Shown: positions 49,059 to 61,975 of the stretch, one piece after another
Numbering within the stretch: the stretch's first letter is position 1
Layout of the letters: every line of letters starts with the position of its first letter
Assembly: GCA_049724395.1 (NCBI GenBank)
Contig: JAUGWO010000012.1
Location: forward strand, 124,001 to 188,000
Direction: 5' to 3'
DNA: 64,000 nt
Source: Spongospora subterranea f. sp. subterranea
Lineage: Eukaryota
Translations under genes and position numbers: made by a program
Notes under the pieces: generated by a model
What the model was told of the DNA's origin: nothing
Seen by the model: only the letters and a program-made list of their open reading frames with translations
Database searches by the model: none

Positions 49059-50312
49059 TCACATTGGGGTAGACTTGGCGATGTGACTAAAGCGTTCGCT
49101 ACTTTCGCGAACAAACTGATTGAACAACCCATCTTTGGAAAAAAGCTTGATAAAATCGTCAATCAGTTCTTTAGAATTGTCTACCCAAAATCCAATGCTG
49201 TCAGATATTTCTGATACATTGTCTTTTATGTTATTCTTAATTTCATCGACCTTTCAGTGACGGTGAGTACTTGATTGCAATACAAAAAAGTGATTCTACC
49301 TGCTTGACGACTTTTTCCGCCATTTGAATTCGTTTCTCCCTCAGAAACGAGATATTCATATCTTGCCTGGAAAAGCCACGGGCGAGATTTCGCCGGACTG
49401 TAGATCTGCTTAGCATACGATGCTGTTAAGCGACAAAACGGATTACCAAAATTATCGTAGTCTTTAACGATGCGGTTGATAAGATCTGAGGTAGATATAC
49501 CCTCGGTCCTGAGAAAGTATATTAGCAGGATTCGAGCGTTAACCAACGTCGACGAGATCAACCTTTGCGTTGCGACAAACATGCCGCGCTCTTTGACAAA
49601 TCCATAGACATCATCTGCGGCACCAGTGGCATCTGGATAGGGCAGATCATCATGAGCCACGTAATCTATCTTGTGCTCTTGGAGAAATTCCAAAGTCAGT
49701 ACCCTGAATAAGTTACAATACAATGGGAAAACAGTAAAAGAAAAATGAATTCGTTTTGAACTAACCAGGGAGACGCCTCAATGATTTCATCAACATGTTT
49801 GCAATGACGAACGGATTCGTATCGCTCAGCTTCCGTCATAACAGTTTTTCCTTTGTACTTGTGTGTATCCAAATCAGAGCACACTCTGAAAAAGAAAAAA
49901 AAACAGAATGAGAATTACGGGCAAATGAGCAATTACACAGTAAAATATTTAGAGCCAACGTTGCTACATTATTGAGGTATGTGTAAATTTACCCAACGAT
50001 CAAGTGAACCTCATGGTTGGGGAATATGTTCTTCGCTTGCTCAAGAACTCTGGCATGGCCGAAATGAAATAAATCGAATATACCGTCAGCTACACATTCG
50101 TCGTTAGAAACTTAGAAACCCCCGAATATTTGATAAACCGAACCATATACTCTGATAGGACGACCTTCAGGTAGAGGATTCATCGGCACCTTTTTGACAA
50201 TCTTACGCTTTTTAACAATTGGAGCATCGGCAGTGGGATTTTCATCTAAAGCTGGCTTTTTCTTTGAGCTCCCATTAGGGGATTTAGGTTCCGATGACGT
50301 GGAATTCGCCAT
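49059..50312 (-). CDS. PCYT1: CTP:phosphocholine cytidylyltransferase, multi-exon
   Basis: [25 protein letters not shown] (HxGH); [45 protein letters not shown]. Confidence 0.96.
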
Positions 50313-51201
50313 TTCAACCGAAGCAACCCCACAAAAACAGAAAGCGCGCGCGTTAATTTATATCAGCGAGCGAATGTGTAGCAGCTTCGAGTATTTCAGA
50401 TGCCCATATACAGGCTCTTCACCCTCCCAATTTAGGACGATCCACCCTGGCCCGGTCCTCGCTCTCGCCCGCAAAGGGCAGCAGCGAATGTTAGCTGGCG
50501 ATGTGTAAAGAGCAAAGTGGTTTGAAGCACAGGTTGGGGGGCCAAAACAACCGGCAAAAGAGGCCACCGCGAATAAGACAGTCCGAGTCTCCGATAGACA
50601 CTGCATGGTGCGCGGCCATTCCTCCAGCACTCTGTGACAGCCGTCAACTGCACTGTCCACAGTGTATCCGCAGTCCGCACCGCAGCTGGGGTCGCGACTC
50701 GCGAGCCCTCTTTCACGCCGTACAGGGTATGGCCTAGCGCAATCGCCAATAATCAAACTGGGTAATTCTGATTCTGATTTGCCCTCCCGGGAACAAAAAT
50801 GTGTTGTCAAAACCGAAGTTTCCAAAATCCGCCATTCCCCCCCCCCTATTGCTATTGATGAAGAATTGTTTCCATCCTGGCGTTTCAAAAGGCTTTTTTT
50901 GAATGGTGTTTGATTCTCTAATCTCACTTCTATGGCGTTTGGACCCTGACGTGACTTCGGCCACTATCAGAGTAGGAATTCGGTTTTGCATTATGAAGAT
51001 AGCTCGTCGATAGATTCGTACGAAAACCAATGCCGCTCCAAAACCACCGATCCATTGACAATGCAAACAGCTTCGCTCGATTCAGCATTCAACGCATTGA
51101 TTCTGCATTTACCTGACGTAGGTGTCAACTTGTCCACCTTCGTGAATTTTGGAAATCAACGAGCTTTTCTTTGCGACCATTGTAAACATTATTACAATTG
51201 T

Positions 51202-52828
51202 TTATAACGCCATAAGAATGATGGAAACAATAATGGTGACAACAGCAGATACATGAGCCATGAACATAATGGACGAACTGTTTTTCTTCACTGGCTTCGG
51301 CGTTCCATCAACCCACATAATTCCTGTGAGCCCTTGATCAGCGTGTACAGAGACGTGGCAATGCAGAACCACAACTCCATATACGTTGGGGATACGGGAT
51401 CTGACCACCATCTGCCCATTGCCGACATAGGTGTCCAGCCAGTCTCCCTTCTTGTAGAAACCATTGGGCGCGTCGCTCTGAAGCTGGAACGGCTGGACAT
51501 GAACATGCAGTGGATGCTGCTCGACGTCCAATGTCCACTCCTCGATCGTGTTCGGCTTCATAATATGGAGGGCTTTATCACGTGTCGCGCCTGAGAACTG
51601 AACCCCGTTCATCGACCGAGTTTCGGTACCAGTAATCGATATCGTGAACGGGGTGTTGGCGATAGCGCTAGCGGGCAAATTGGTTGTGTCTTGCAGATAA
51701 TCCTGTCGCTGGAGATTCCATTGACCTATGTCCAGAACTGTCGGCCCGGTTTCCTTGATGGACACCATCGAGACGGTGGCGATAGGGGTATTGGGCGCGG
51801 TGGAATCGATGAGCTGATATGGCCCGCCAGCTGGGCACATGATGGCGACATCGGCACGGGACGGCTGTTGGAACACGAGCTGGGTTACCATTCGGGGAGT
51901 CGTCAGCCATATTCCATCCAGAGCCAGCAGCATGATTTGGCATCCCGGCAGGGAAGCCATCAATATCGTCGACGTCGCTGTGTGCTGCATACGCCAACGG
52001 TACCATTGCCCAGGATTCTGCTGTATATTAGGCTGAACAAATCCATTGATCAAGACGAGTTTCGCTTGCATATTGCCACTGGTTTGGGCGAACAGCGTGT
52101 CGTCGCTCTCAAGCGCGACCGACGCGTGGTCTAATGGCGCAAACTGAAAAATCGAGACGTAAATCTGGGGAAGATCCTTGATGAAATCGTATGGGGAATT
52201 GGTGGCGTCGTCGGTGACGATGAGCATACCGAATGCGCCACCTCCGATCTGATTTGTAACCGATCCATGCGCGTGAGGGTGGTAAAAGAACGTCCCGCCC
52301 TCATGGGGTCCAATCTCGTATGTGTAATCATACGTTGTCCCTGGCAGAACCTGCAGACATATGGTCAATTTCCTCCCGAATGCATTCTCAAGGCCAAGCC
52401 AATGTTCTTACGCGAATACTGACGTTGTCTTCGGGTTCCTCAGAAGACACGTGTAATCCATGTGTGTGAAGATTGGTCGTATTCGGCTCGAAAAGACCAT
52501 TGATCAATGTTCCATGTGGCGTCTGATCAGCGCCAAGATCGTTATGAAGCCGGATCTTCAGCTGGCTATTCTGTCTGAGATAGATGATCGGCCCAGGAAT
52601 GGTTGGGATGCCGTTATTGCCGGCGTACGCCCGGGTTACGTAGGACGCCCCCACTGTTTTGAACTCCATCGGCATCAGGTGCAAGTCGACCCGTCCAGAG
52701 CTGCCGTCGTAGCTGGTCATTGGGCAGTCGCGTAAGTTGTTGCCGGTCACTGTCGTGTCGCATTGCGATCGACCCAGCCCCAACAAGACGCTCATCAGAA
52801 GCAGCAAACTGACTTGACGACACATCAT
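51202..52828 (-). CDS. Secreted three-domain multicopper oxidase with a hydrophobic (GPI-signal-like) C-terminus; one intron
   Basis: Signal peptide; all four Cu motifs TNLHTHG, FYHPHAHG, HPLHVH, LHCHVSVHADQGL; tail NSSSIMFMAHVSAVVTIIVSIILMAL*. Confidence 0.93.
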
Positions 52829-53771
52829 CGTTTCCAATCAACGATGTCCAAATGCGAACCGATACAGGAATGGCAAAGTCAGCGTACGACCGCAAAATAC
52901 TTGATGCACGCGCCACCAAGACAAGGCACACTCTTCTATTCTGTCTGGAAACCCTTTACCTCAGTATGGAAAAGGGTTTAGTTGACCTCAAGTGGTCAAT
53001 GGGGTTGTTGCTTTTCAGAGAGAACGTGGCCATTCACGGGCAGCGAATGGGCAGGATGGCCCGGCAGGGGGGAGTCAGTTCGAAAACGTACTGAAAATAT
53101 TTTCGGGAGTTGATGGATTTCAGCGTCGTTAGGTCATGCTGAAACAAAGGCGTTGAACGTTAGACGTGGGCGAGGGGATGCTATTCTGTGACAGAGAAGT
53201 TGTTAGACACGTACAGTAGGTGTCGCAAACGGTCATAAAGATGACGTCTGATTCTTCTTCAAATTGTCTATAAACAGCACAAAATGCATTATACCGTATA
53301 CTGTCGTCTCTCCATCCCATAAAACTTGAAGTTGCGGTGATATCGGCAATACGCGTAGCCCCCTTTTCTTAGCCCGAAATTGGCGAAGACCAGCATCAAT
53401 CAGAGGACGAAGAAACTGGCAACGCCTTCCATGATAGAAACTGATAAACGGAACGTGTCGAGATTTGAGTAATGATGGCCGCGTGAAGGCCGCTCCACAT
53501 CAATTCCCCATGAGACATGAGTGACGCGATCCGTGTTGTAGTGAGTCCAAATCTGTTGTTACCGGCCTAAAGGTTACGCTAGATCCTATGGTCTCTCTAC
53601 ACTCAACCCATTGTCGAGAATTGTGCGCGTATTGGTATCGCTGTATATTATCACTACGCCACGCAATACGCTTCTCATACGCTGTTATCATCATTCTATT
53701 GCCCTGGGGCTGGTTCACGGAGGCGTTGGATCGTCGGTCGGTGTCGAAGCCACGATTGGCTAGGCCCGACC

Positions 53772-55405
53772 ATGTCTCTCCCGGATACGACCGCGTTGCA
53801 TGATGTCTTAATTGCGGCCGTTGACACCGCCGGGTTATCTGTTGAGGATCAAGCTGTCGTCAGGGCCGAAGGATTGTTGTCCGAACAGTATTTTCTGAAC
53901 GCCGCGTCGTTGAGATTTAAGCGTCGGAAATCTGGATCTTGGCAGTGGCTGTTGGAATCTCCGTTTTCATTGCCAATATGCCTAGCAGAACTTATCGCTG
54001 ACGTTCTAGACAAATCTGAAAATGACACCGGTATTTTTATCGCCAGCTCTAGTTATAGTTTTTTGATAGTGTTCTCTAGTAGATTTTCCAACGCCAAAGA
54101 AGCAAGGCGATAAATACGCGCGTCTCCAGCTGTCTTCCGTAATGGGTGCGATGCAAGATAGTCGGCAACCACCTATAATTATTCGGATACCACACTCATG
54201 TGTTGACACTCAACCCAACCAAGCCGCTTTCAACCTACCACATGTAACTCCAGACAAACGAAAGAGGCCTTCTGATAGTCTTGATTCTACGCGTCCTGCT
54301 TCCGCAGGGAGGCCGTACAAGGATCTTTCATCTGGAAGGGGATTATTACAGCTTTCTGGCCAACCGGTGCACGTTAGCCAAGAAGTACCCATTGAATTCC
54401 AGCATTTGAATACCGAGCTGGGCTCATATCATGTTGTTGATCCTCCGATGTCGACAGTATTCGTCCCAATTCAGCTTACCATCCGGCTGATTGCGGAATC
54501 ACTTACCGCATCCAATTCTCTTCTTGCTCCAGAGGCGTCAGCTTTACCTCATTTGATGGTACAAATGGGGCAACGATGTCGTTCCAAGAAAAGCATTGTG
54601 AGGCTAAGAGTGGCAAAAACATCCACCACCGGTGCTGGCACAGGAACGAACAGCCGTACTTGGGATCACGTTGTCTGCTGCTCTGTCGAAGACGTTCTCT
54701 CTGCTTTCAAGTATGCTTTCTTTGAGGCTAATCTCGAAATTCCGGATTTTACTTCTTTCATCAAATCGTCGGTCACCATTCTCGTAATCCGTGTATTCCA
54801 CTAATGTGATTGGCATCGTTTTTAGTATAAACATGCCCGTTGAGATAAAGTTTCAGCACCATTTTCTCCATGTTCGGACGTGTTCCTTCGGAGAAGGCAA
54901 AGCTACGGGGCTGGAGGAGTACACATTCCTGTTTCTATGCCAAGGCATGGTTTATGTGTAAATTAGTCCACCAATGTGTTGATACTGTTCAATAGTGCTT
55001 CTGGTGTTCCAAACTGCTTGTTGCCAGAAGATGCTGCCGTTAACAGTCCGGATGTAAGTAGTTCACTTTGATGTTTCGAGAGAGAATAATGGTTTTCTAA
55101 CCCATCACAGAGGCAACCAAACGGGTTCGCCGCGGAATCAAGCAGTGAAGATGAACCAGACTTTGCTGATTTAAAGAACCGATCTGATTCTGATACTGAC
55201 TCTGATGACGAAAATCGCTACATGTCGACATCAATGGCAGCCCCTCTTAACGAAATCAAGGGGGAGGTCCCGATGCACACCAACCGTAAGTTTTTCCAAT
55301 TATTCCACTCATCCGTACTGACGGTTTCGATCAGCTCTGCCAATTCATCCTAACGTAATCGCTGCTGCAAAAGCGGCCTCAGCTGCTGCAACTCCCAAGT
55401 CCTAA
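53772..55405 (+). CDS. Hypothetical protein, ~6 exons, with an acidic C-terminal region
   Basis: ORFs 53772-54113 and 54142-54804 plus downstream exons joined by phase-compatible GT-AG introns; stop TAA at 55403-55405. Confidence 0.5.
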
Positions 55406-57314
55406 TTCATTAATACAAACAATCCATCGGTTTCTTCGTTTACATAACATGCACTTCCTCTTACATAGGGATTCTGTCATTCGTGACTCGAATAGTGTAA
55501 GTTTGTCTTCTTGGCAGGATACGCGCCAGTCGAATTTTTTCGTGGCCCGTTATCGACGTGAGCGGATGCTCCTACAGTATGAGAGATTGTGGGAGTAGTT
55601 CAATTGGGGAGCGAGGAACGGGAGCTTTGAGGAACTGTGGTGTTGTGGGTGATATGTATGCTCATGAGACATCAGCCACCGAGGCGTTTTCCGGGAAACG
55701 ACTGTTGCGACTGGCCAGGAATTTACAGCTTTCAATCGGGTGATTCGCATCCCCGAAATAACCATATTAGATGTTCTCTCGGCGGCGAACTCGTTCGCTC
55801 GCAACGATTCGGGAAATCATCGGGTAAACCGAGGACGGCCGGTGAGCGAGCTTGTTTGAAGGAATGAAATCGACCCAGACGTTCAGAAGCGCACTCAACA
55901 TTGACCGATGCTCGTTCTTTCAGAAAAGAATGTGATAATCTCTATAATGATTTCTCATGCGGATCCGATCAATTTATAACCATATAATCCTCACCAATCG
56001 ACGCATGCGATGGATTTGAAGTATGGCGGTTTGATTTTCTATTAAGTGGTCGACAAAAATACCTAGTCTTTGTCATAATGTTCAACACTCTGCATAATGG
56101 CCTAGAAGACGTCACAATGGAAAACACCACATTGATCATTGTGACGTCTTCTAAAAAAGAGCGGCTTATTTTATTAGATGGAATATATGTGATTGAGAGG
56201 GGTTTGTCGAGCCTGGATCTGATTTTGAAAAAAAATTCCCTCGTCATCGTCAGTGTCACCAGAACATTCTGTATCTGATTCTGAAACACCTTATTGTACC
56301 TATTTTTTTTTATTCCATCAAGCCTGTGAGGAGAAAACGGAAACACTCAAAAAATGCCATATTCGCTCTTGCCAAACAAAAAAAACAATCACACTTGGTT
56401 TGCGGATAAATCATATCTGAACTATAAGAGATTCCCAATCATAACCCATAGAACGCAGTCGGTGGACATATTGAAAATCAATTCAAGCTGTTATTGGTTG
56501 CGGCGGGAACGGCCTTTCCTCAGTTGGTTCAACTCCGTTTTAATATAACAACAACTTTGTATATCATAACAGCTTGATAAGAGAGCCAATTATCTGTATT
56601 GATTAGTGAGCCTCTGTCTGAACTCACCTATAGCATGTATTCAAAATGTCTGGAGTTCTGTACGCCTCTTCGATTGAACGGGGCTTTGAACAAAAATTAA
56701 AACACATATACATCATCGCCTAAGCTCAGTAAGATGATAAATTTTATCATAACCGCAAATAGCGGCTCAGATAAGATCAAGTAGTGTTAATAATAATTAT
56801 TGATGCTAATGTACGCTCTGTCATCTGTTGAACGATGGGTTCCTGGACATAGATCTACTATTGCTATGGTAGGAGCCGAGAGCTTGCGAAATATATGGCT
56901 GATGGTCGAAGAAAGAGCAATACGCTCATGCTAGATCCTACAGCGTCGTCGAAACAACCCATCAAATAGCCAATTGTGAAATTACCGTACGGACTGAAAC
57001 TCGTCGGGTACAACGGCAAGAGTGTAAGGGCGTGTTCAAAAATGCGTACTTTTGGCCATCGGGGTATTTTGAAACCAAAGAGGTTATTTTGACATAAACA
57101 GCGTGTTCAGTGTCTGGGTATTTTCATCCTACATACGGACAATCTAGATATTTTCTGAATGGCTGTACAGTACCCCCTTTTATCGAAGCGCCGTGTTCAA
57201 TCAACAAGGCATGTTCATCTGGGTATTTCATGAAAATACCCAGGGCGGCATTTTCAAAAATATACCTCCGCGAAATCGCGACCCTATATTTTGTCATCAC
57301 CTACGGTAGATACA

Positions 57315-58631
57315 TGGAGGGGTCTTTGGATGGAATGATCATAGCACAGGTTATTGCAGGTGTTAGCGCTCATTTACAAGCGGTCAAGCACCTGCATCAA
57401 CAGATTCACTGTGAACCTGGCAGGATGCGCATTCCCCGCTTTGTCAGACCGCCGTTTGTTTATTGGGATTGGATAACCAGAAACGAGCATGATCGAGTCT
57501 TTGCCAGCAATTACCGAATGCGGATTGCAACCTTCGACATACTAGTCATGTTGGCCCAAGAATTTGTTCCGGATGGGATGGATGGTCAGCGACCGTAATT
57601 GCCGTTTGGTTGGATTGGGTAACCTCTGGTGATCCCATCCGACGTCAAGAGTCCAGATTCATGTCAATGTCCATCGGGACAATCCAGTCCTATAGGTACG
57701 CGGTACTCCAATCCTAACATTCAAAATACCCTGAATTATTACGATAGAATAACCGGCTGTCGTGTGATAATTTCTGCATTGCGAGGCCAGTACTTTAGCA
57801 GTTGAACAGACCCTCAATGGATTAAAAAACAAGCTATCGATTGGGAAGAGAGAGAACCTTTCCTTGAAAGGCGTTGCTTGGGCGCAGCTGATGGAACATG
57901 CGTTCCTGTAATGTGTTCGGATAATATGAAGACCAGAATATGGTGCAGGAAAGGATGCACATGCGTCAATGTCCTGGCTTGCTGCAGCCCAAGTAAACAG
58001 TTCACGTATGTGCTTTCTGGCTGGGAGGGATCTGCAAGCGATAGTACTGTTTTTCGCAATTCAAAACTCATAAGCTTGATACCACCAGGTTACTTTCTAT
58101 TGCTAGATGGTGGCTATTGATTCACGCCGCAAGGTATTAGCTTGAGCTGGCAGCCACATATTACAATTTTCCATGTGATAAACACGTACTCAGGTTTGGT
58201 GCCCTACAGAGGTGTGCGATATCATGTTCGTGAATGGGCTCGTGAAGGATCAGGTCGTCCACAGAACCCCAAGGAAATCTTCAATTACAGGTTGATATTA
58301 GAGTTATAAGATGCTGACTCTGACAATTGACAAGACTCACAGGCAATCCCATGCCCGAATCGTGATTGAATTGGCTTTTGAGTTGTGGAAATTACGGTTC
58401 GGCATATTCAAGAAAAGACTGGAGTTGAATATTTCAACAATCAACTTTGTGATCTATTCAACGATGTTGGTTCACAATTTTTTGCTTGACACCGAAGACG
58501 CATACGACGTTGACGTTGAGTGTGTTGACCCTGAACAAGACCCAGACCATCAACTCCAAACGCAATGCCGCACCTCTGCTGACATAGCACGGAGGAGAGA
58601 TGCGATTGCCCAAAAGATATGGGAAGATTAA
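57315..58631 (+). pseudogene. Harbinger (DDE_Tnp_4/HARBI1-like) transposase with stops and frameshifts
   Basis: CLGAADGTCV; NVLACC..FTYVLSGWEGSASDS; LLLDGGY* (premature stop); PYRGVRYH; HARIVIELAF..WKLRF. Confidence 0.88.
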
Positions 58632-58661
58632 CTGTCGAAGCATTAAACACCACTGTTTTTA

Positions 58662-59084
58662 TTAGTCCTGATCCTGTGGCAAACTGAAGCCAACCGAGTG
58701 CGCGTAAACTTTTACTAACAACGCCAAATTTTTATCCACTGATTGGGACACCTTCAGGCTTTGCTGCACCAGAGCAACATTTTGTTCTGCTGCTAAAACC
58801 ATCCGCGACTGGACAGGGTCGACATCATTGGTTGGTCGTTTGCGTTTGCCAACTTTGATATCTGCTGGGCTCATGGCCGGTCGACGCGCTGCATTAAGGG
58901 AGGATATGGTTGACCAATCGCCCTCCTCTTCAAATGCTTGGTCAACCACGTCGACTTCCAAACAATGTTCGCCATTGGCGAGATTCCCATTGATTATCTC
59001 GTCCATTGCATCGTAATGCACCCAAGGATTCCCCTTGAACGGTTTTATCATGGGCTTGGAATCCTTGGGTGCATTACGATGCAA
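58662..59084 (-). pseudogene. C-terminal part of the Harbinger second (Myb/SANT-like partner) ORF, truncated by an inverted duplication
   Basis: KPFKGNPWVHYDAMDEIINGNLANG resembles the region after Myb/SANT-like domains; convergent with the transposase. Confidence 0.55.
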
Positions 59085-60401
59085 TGGACGAGATAATCAA
59101 TGGGAATTTCGCCAATGGCGAACATTGTTTGGAAGTTGACGTGGTTGACCAAGCATTCTTCCTTGATGCAGCGGGTCGACCGGCCAAGAGCCCAGCAGAT
59201 ATCAAAGTTGGCAAACGCAAACGACCAACCAATGATGTCGACTCTGTCCAGTCGCGGATGTGACTCTATTCTCCACAGTCCACACTCTCTGGCACATGCT
59301 CGTCGGTTACATTACGGGTAAGACCGTGAGAGTGTTCAATCTGGCTTCGCGGTCTGATACACAGCGGTTGAGCGCGTCAATGGATTTCGAATCCGGTACG
59401 CATTCGATGAGCCCGGATGTGGGAGAGCAGATCAATCGATAGATGTAATTTTAAGAACGTCCAATATGGCATGTTCATGACTGATCGTATAACATATTTA
59501 ATCAGTAGATAGAGATATTGATAACATCCAGCAAGAAATGGAACCCCCCCCGCTACAACACCAGGTGTATCCATGGATGACTGTGTGCCAGTGCGGGTTC
59601 AAAAAGGTTCAAAATTGAATCCGCCCAGGGGGGCGACGGACGCTACTGTACCCACGATGGCTAGCGGTCATTGCCGATCGTTTCAACATTCTCGGCACAA
59701 GTGTTTGCCGCCTCAACGGTTTCCTGTTCATTCGTATTGATGTACAAATTGGTCCGATCTCCATTGCGGTGCTGCATCACCCACGCGCGCTCTTGTAATA
59801 CTTATCGTCTGCGCAGCACCGCAATGGAGATCGGGCCATTTTGTACATCGATACGAATGAACAGGAAACCGTTGAGGCGGCAAACACGAGACTAATAACG
59901 TTCAAGTATTGACCTATGCATACCGTGAACTTACACGCGCCGTTCAATAACAGTTAAGAAGCAGACCAAGTATCTCAGAAGTTTCTTCTGACTTAGTGGT
60001 TAACGGCTGCAAATAGCAACTTTTAAGGAATGGGATTGACCGGTGTAAATTTGTAAATAAAAAAAAATGAGTAGAGTAGCCGAGCTGAGTTCAAAAATCC
60101 GGGACACGGTGCGACGTTGGGACGAAATCGGCAAAATTGGTAACGAGGTAGAGATTGCCGGGACGGAGTCCGTGCGATTGTACAGTGTACCTACAAATTA
60201 CGGTGTAAGTCGGCTGGATTGCCAACCAGATAAAGAGACCTGTAATGCCCAACGTCTTTTTCTGATGTTCTAGATTGGGATGGGTTTGACAGCTTCTGGT
60301 ATTTGCGCCATCTGATGGGGCATCGTGATTAAGTGTGAATAGCGAACCATTGTGCAATCTGATCGTTCCCCGAAAGAACAAGCGCCAACCCAACACACAT
60401 C

Positions 60402-61917
60402 ATGTCGACCCGAGTCGCTGCCAATGTTGGAATCGTCGCCATGGAGGTATATATCCCCAAGAACTATGTATCTCAGCAAGAACTCGAACAGTTTGAGCAA
60501 GTTTCTGCTGGAAAATTCACTCTTGGATTAGGACAGGTATGTTTTGTCCAACCCTTTTCCACGTCGTTTCAATCTGATCGCTCCTTGCAGGAACGTATGG
60601 CGTTCGTCAACGACTTGGAAGATATCTATTCCATCAGTTTAACAGTTGTTCAGTCGTTGATGGAGAAATATTCTATATCGTATTCCGACATCGGTCGTTT
60701 AGAAGTGGGCACCGAGACCATTATTGACCATTCCAAATCCGTTAAATCCGTCATTATGCAACTGTTTGGTACGCCCCCACCTTCCTTTGATTCGTTTTCC
60801 GCTTATCTGAAGGAATTACTGCTCTAGACCCAGACCACAGTGATGTTGAAGGAATCGACAACATTCACGCCTGTTATGGAGGGACCAACGCCCTGTTCAA
60901 CGCCGTCGCCTGGGTGGAAAGCTCGGTTTGGGATGGGAAATACGCCCTGGTTGTGGCCGCCGATATTGCCGAATACGCCAGCGGTCCCGCTCGACCGACG
61001 GGAGGTGTCGGTGCTGTGGCAATGCTGATCGGTGCCGATGCCCCGATGGTCCTGGATATCGCCCGCGGTTCCCACATGGAACACGCTTACGACTTCTACA
61101 AGCCCAATCTATCATCACCCTACCCGGTTGTTGATGGGCACTTTTCCAACATCTGCTATCTCAATAGCTTGGATAAATGCTACGAACGGTACAAGCAAAA
61201 GATGTCTGCCCGAGGGACGTGCTCTAATTTCAATATGGTAAAGCATTTGTATCATGCTCTAAATTTCACTAATGCATGCGTTTCCAGAATTCCAACGCTG
61301 ATTACGTTGTTTTCCACGCCCCGTATAACAAGTTGGTTCAAAAAAGCTTCGCTCGTCTGTTGTATAACGATTTCCTGAATGATCCCTCCTCATCCCGATT
61401 CGAATCAATAGCTGAACGCGCGTCGGCTATCAAGCCCGACGACGATCGCCAAATCAGCGACGTGTTCGGCAAGTTTTCGGCGGAGGAGTATGCCCAGAAG
61501 ATCGGCCCGTCGACAATCCTCCCTCGTAATCTTGGCAATATGTACGCGGCGTCGCTCTACGCCGGTTTGGCGTCGTTAGTGTCGTCGGCGGCTCCGAAAC
61601 TGACCGGCAAGCGGATCGTCATGTTCTCGTACGGTTCTGGGATCGCCTCATCCATGTTCTCGTTCGCCGTTCGCCAAGATCCCGCCTCTGTTGGCCGCGT
61701 CGCTAAAATGCAGGAGTGCCTTGATATCGACAATCGTCTCGGCCAGCGCCAGAAGCAGAGCCCAGCGATTCTGGAGGAGACTCTAGCTTGTCGTGATAAG
61801 CTCCATACCGTACCGTCATTCAAACCATCTGGATCAACGGATTGGCTGTTCCCTGGCACATATTTCTTGGCCAACAAGGATTCGAAATCCCGAAGATTCT
61901 ATGAACGTCATTGCTGA
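60402..61917 (+). CDS. HMGCS: Hydroxymethylglutaryl-CoA synthase, 4 exons
   Basis: [37 protein letters not shown] (catalytic Cys); [43 protein letters not shown]. Confidence 0.98.
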
Positions 61918-61975
61918 TCGAACAATCTCTTTTCTTTGTCCTATAAATTTATCGATATTTTCCCAACAGTTGATG

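Larger units (their letters stand above)
57028..59626. mobile_element. PIF/Harbinger DNA transposon, decayed and rearranged
   Basis: TAA|GGGCGTGTTCAA at left and TTGAATCCGCCC at right; transposase on +, convergent second ORF on -. Confidence 0.75.

Noticed and set aside
50358..51207. Overlapping 80-190 aa ORFs between PCYT1 and the oxidase
   Set aside because: Non-ATG starts and no motifs; likely intergenic
55500..56800. Short ORFs and gataa-rich stretch
   Set aside because: No coherent gene model or paired TIRs identified
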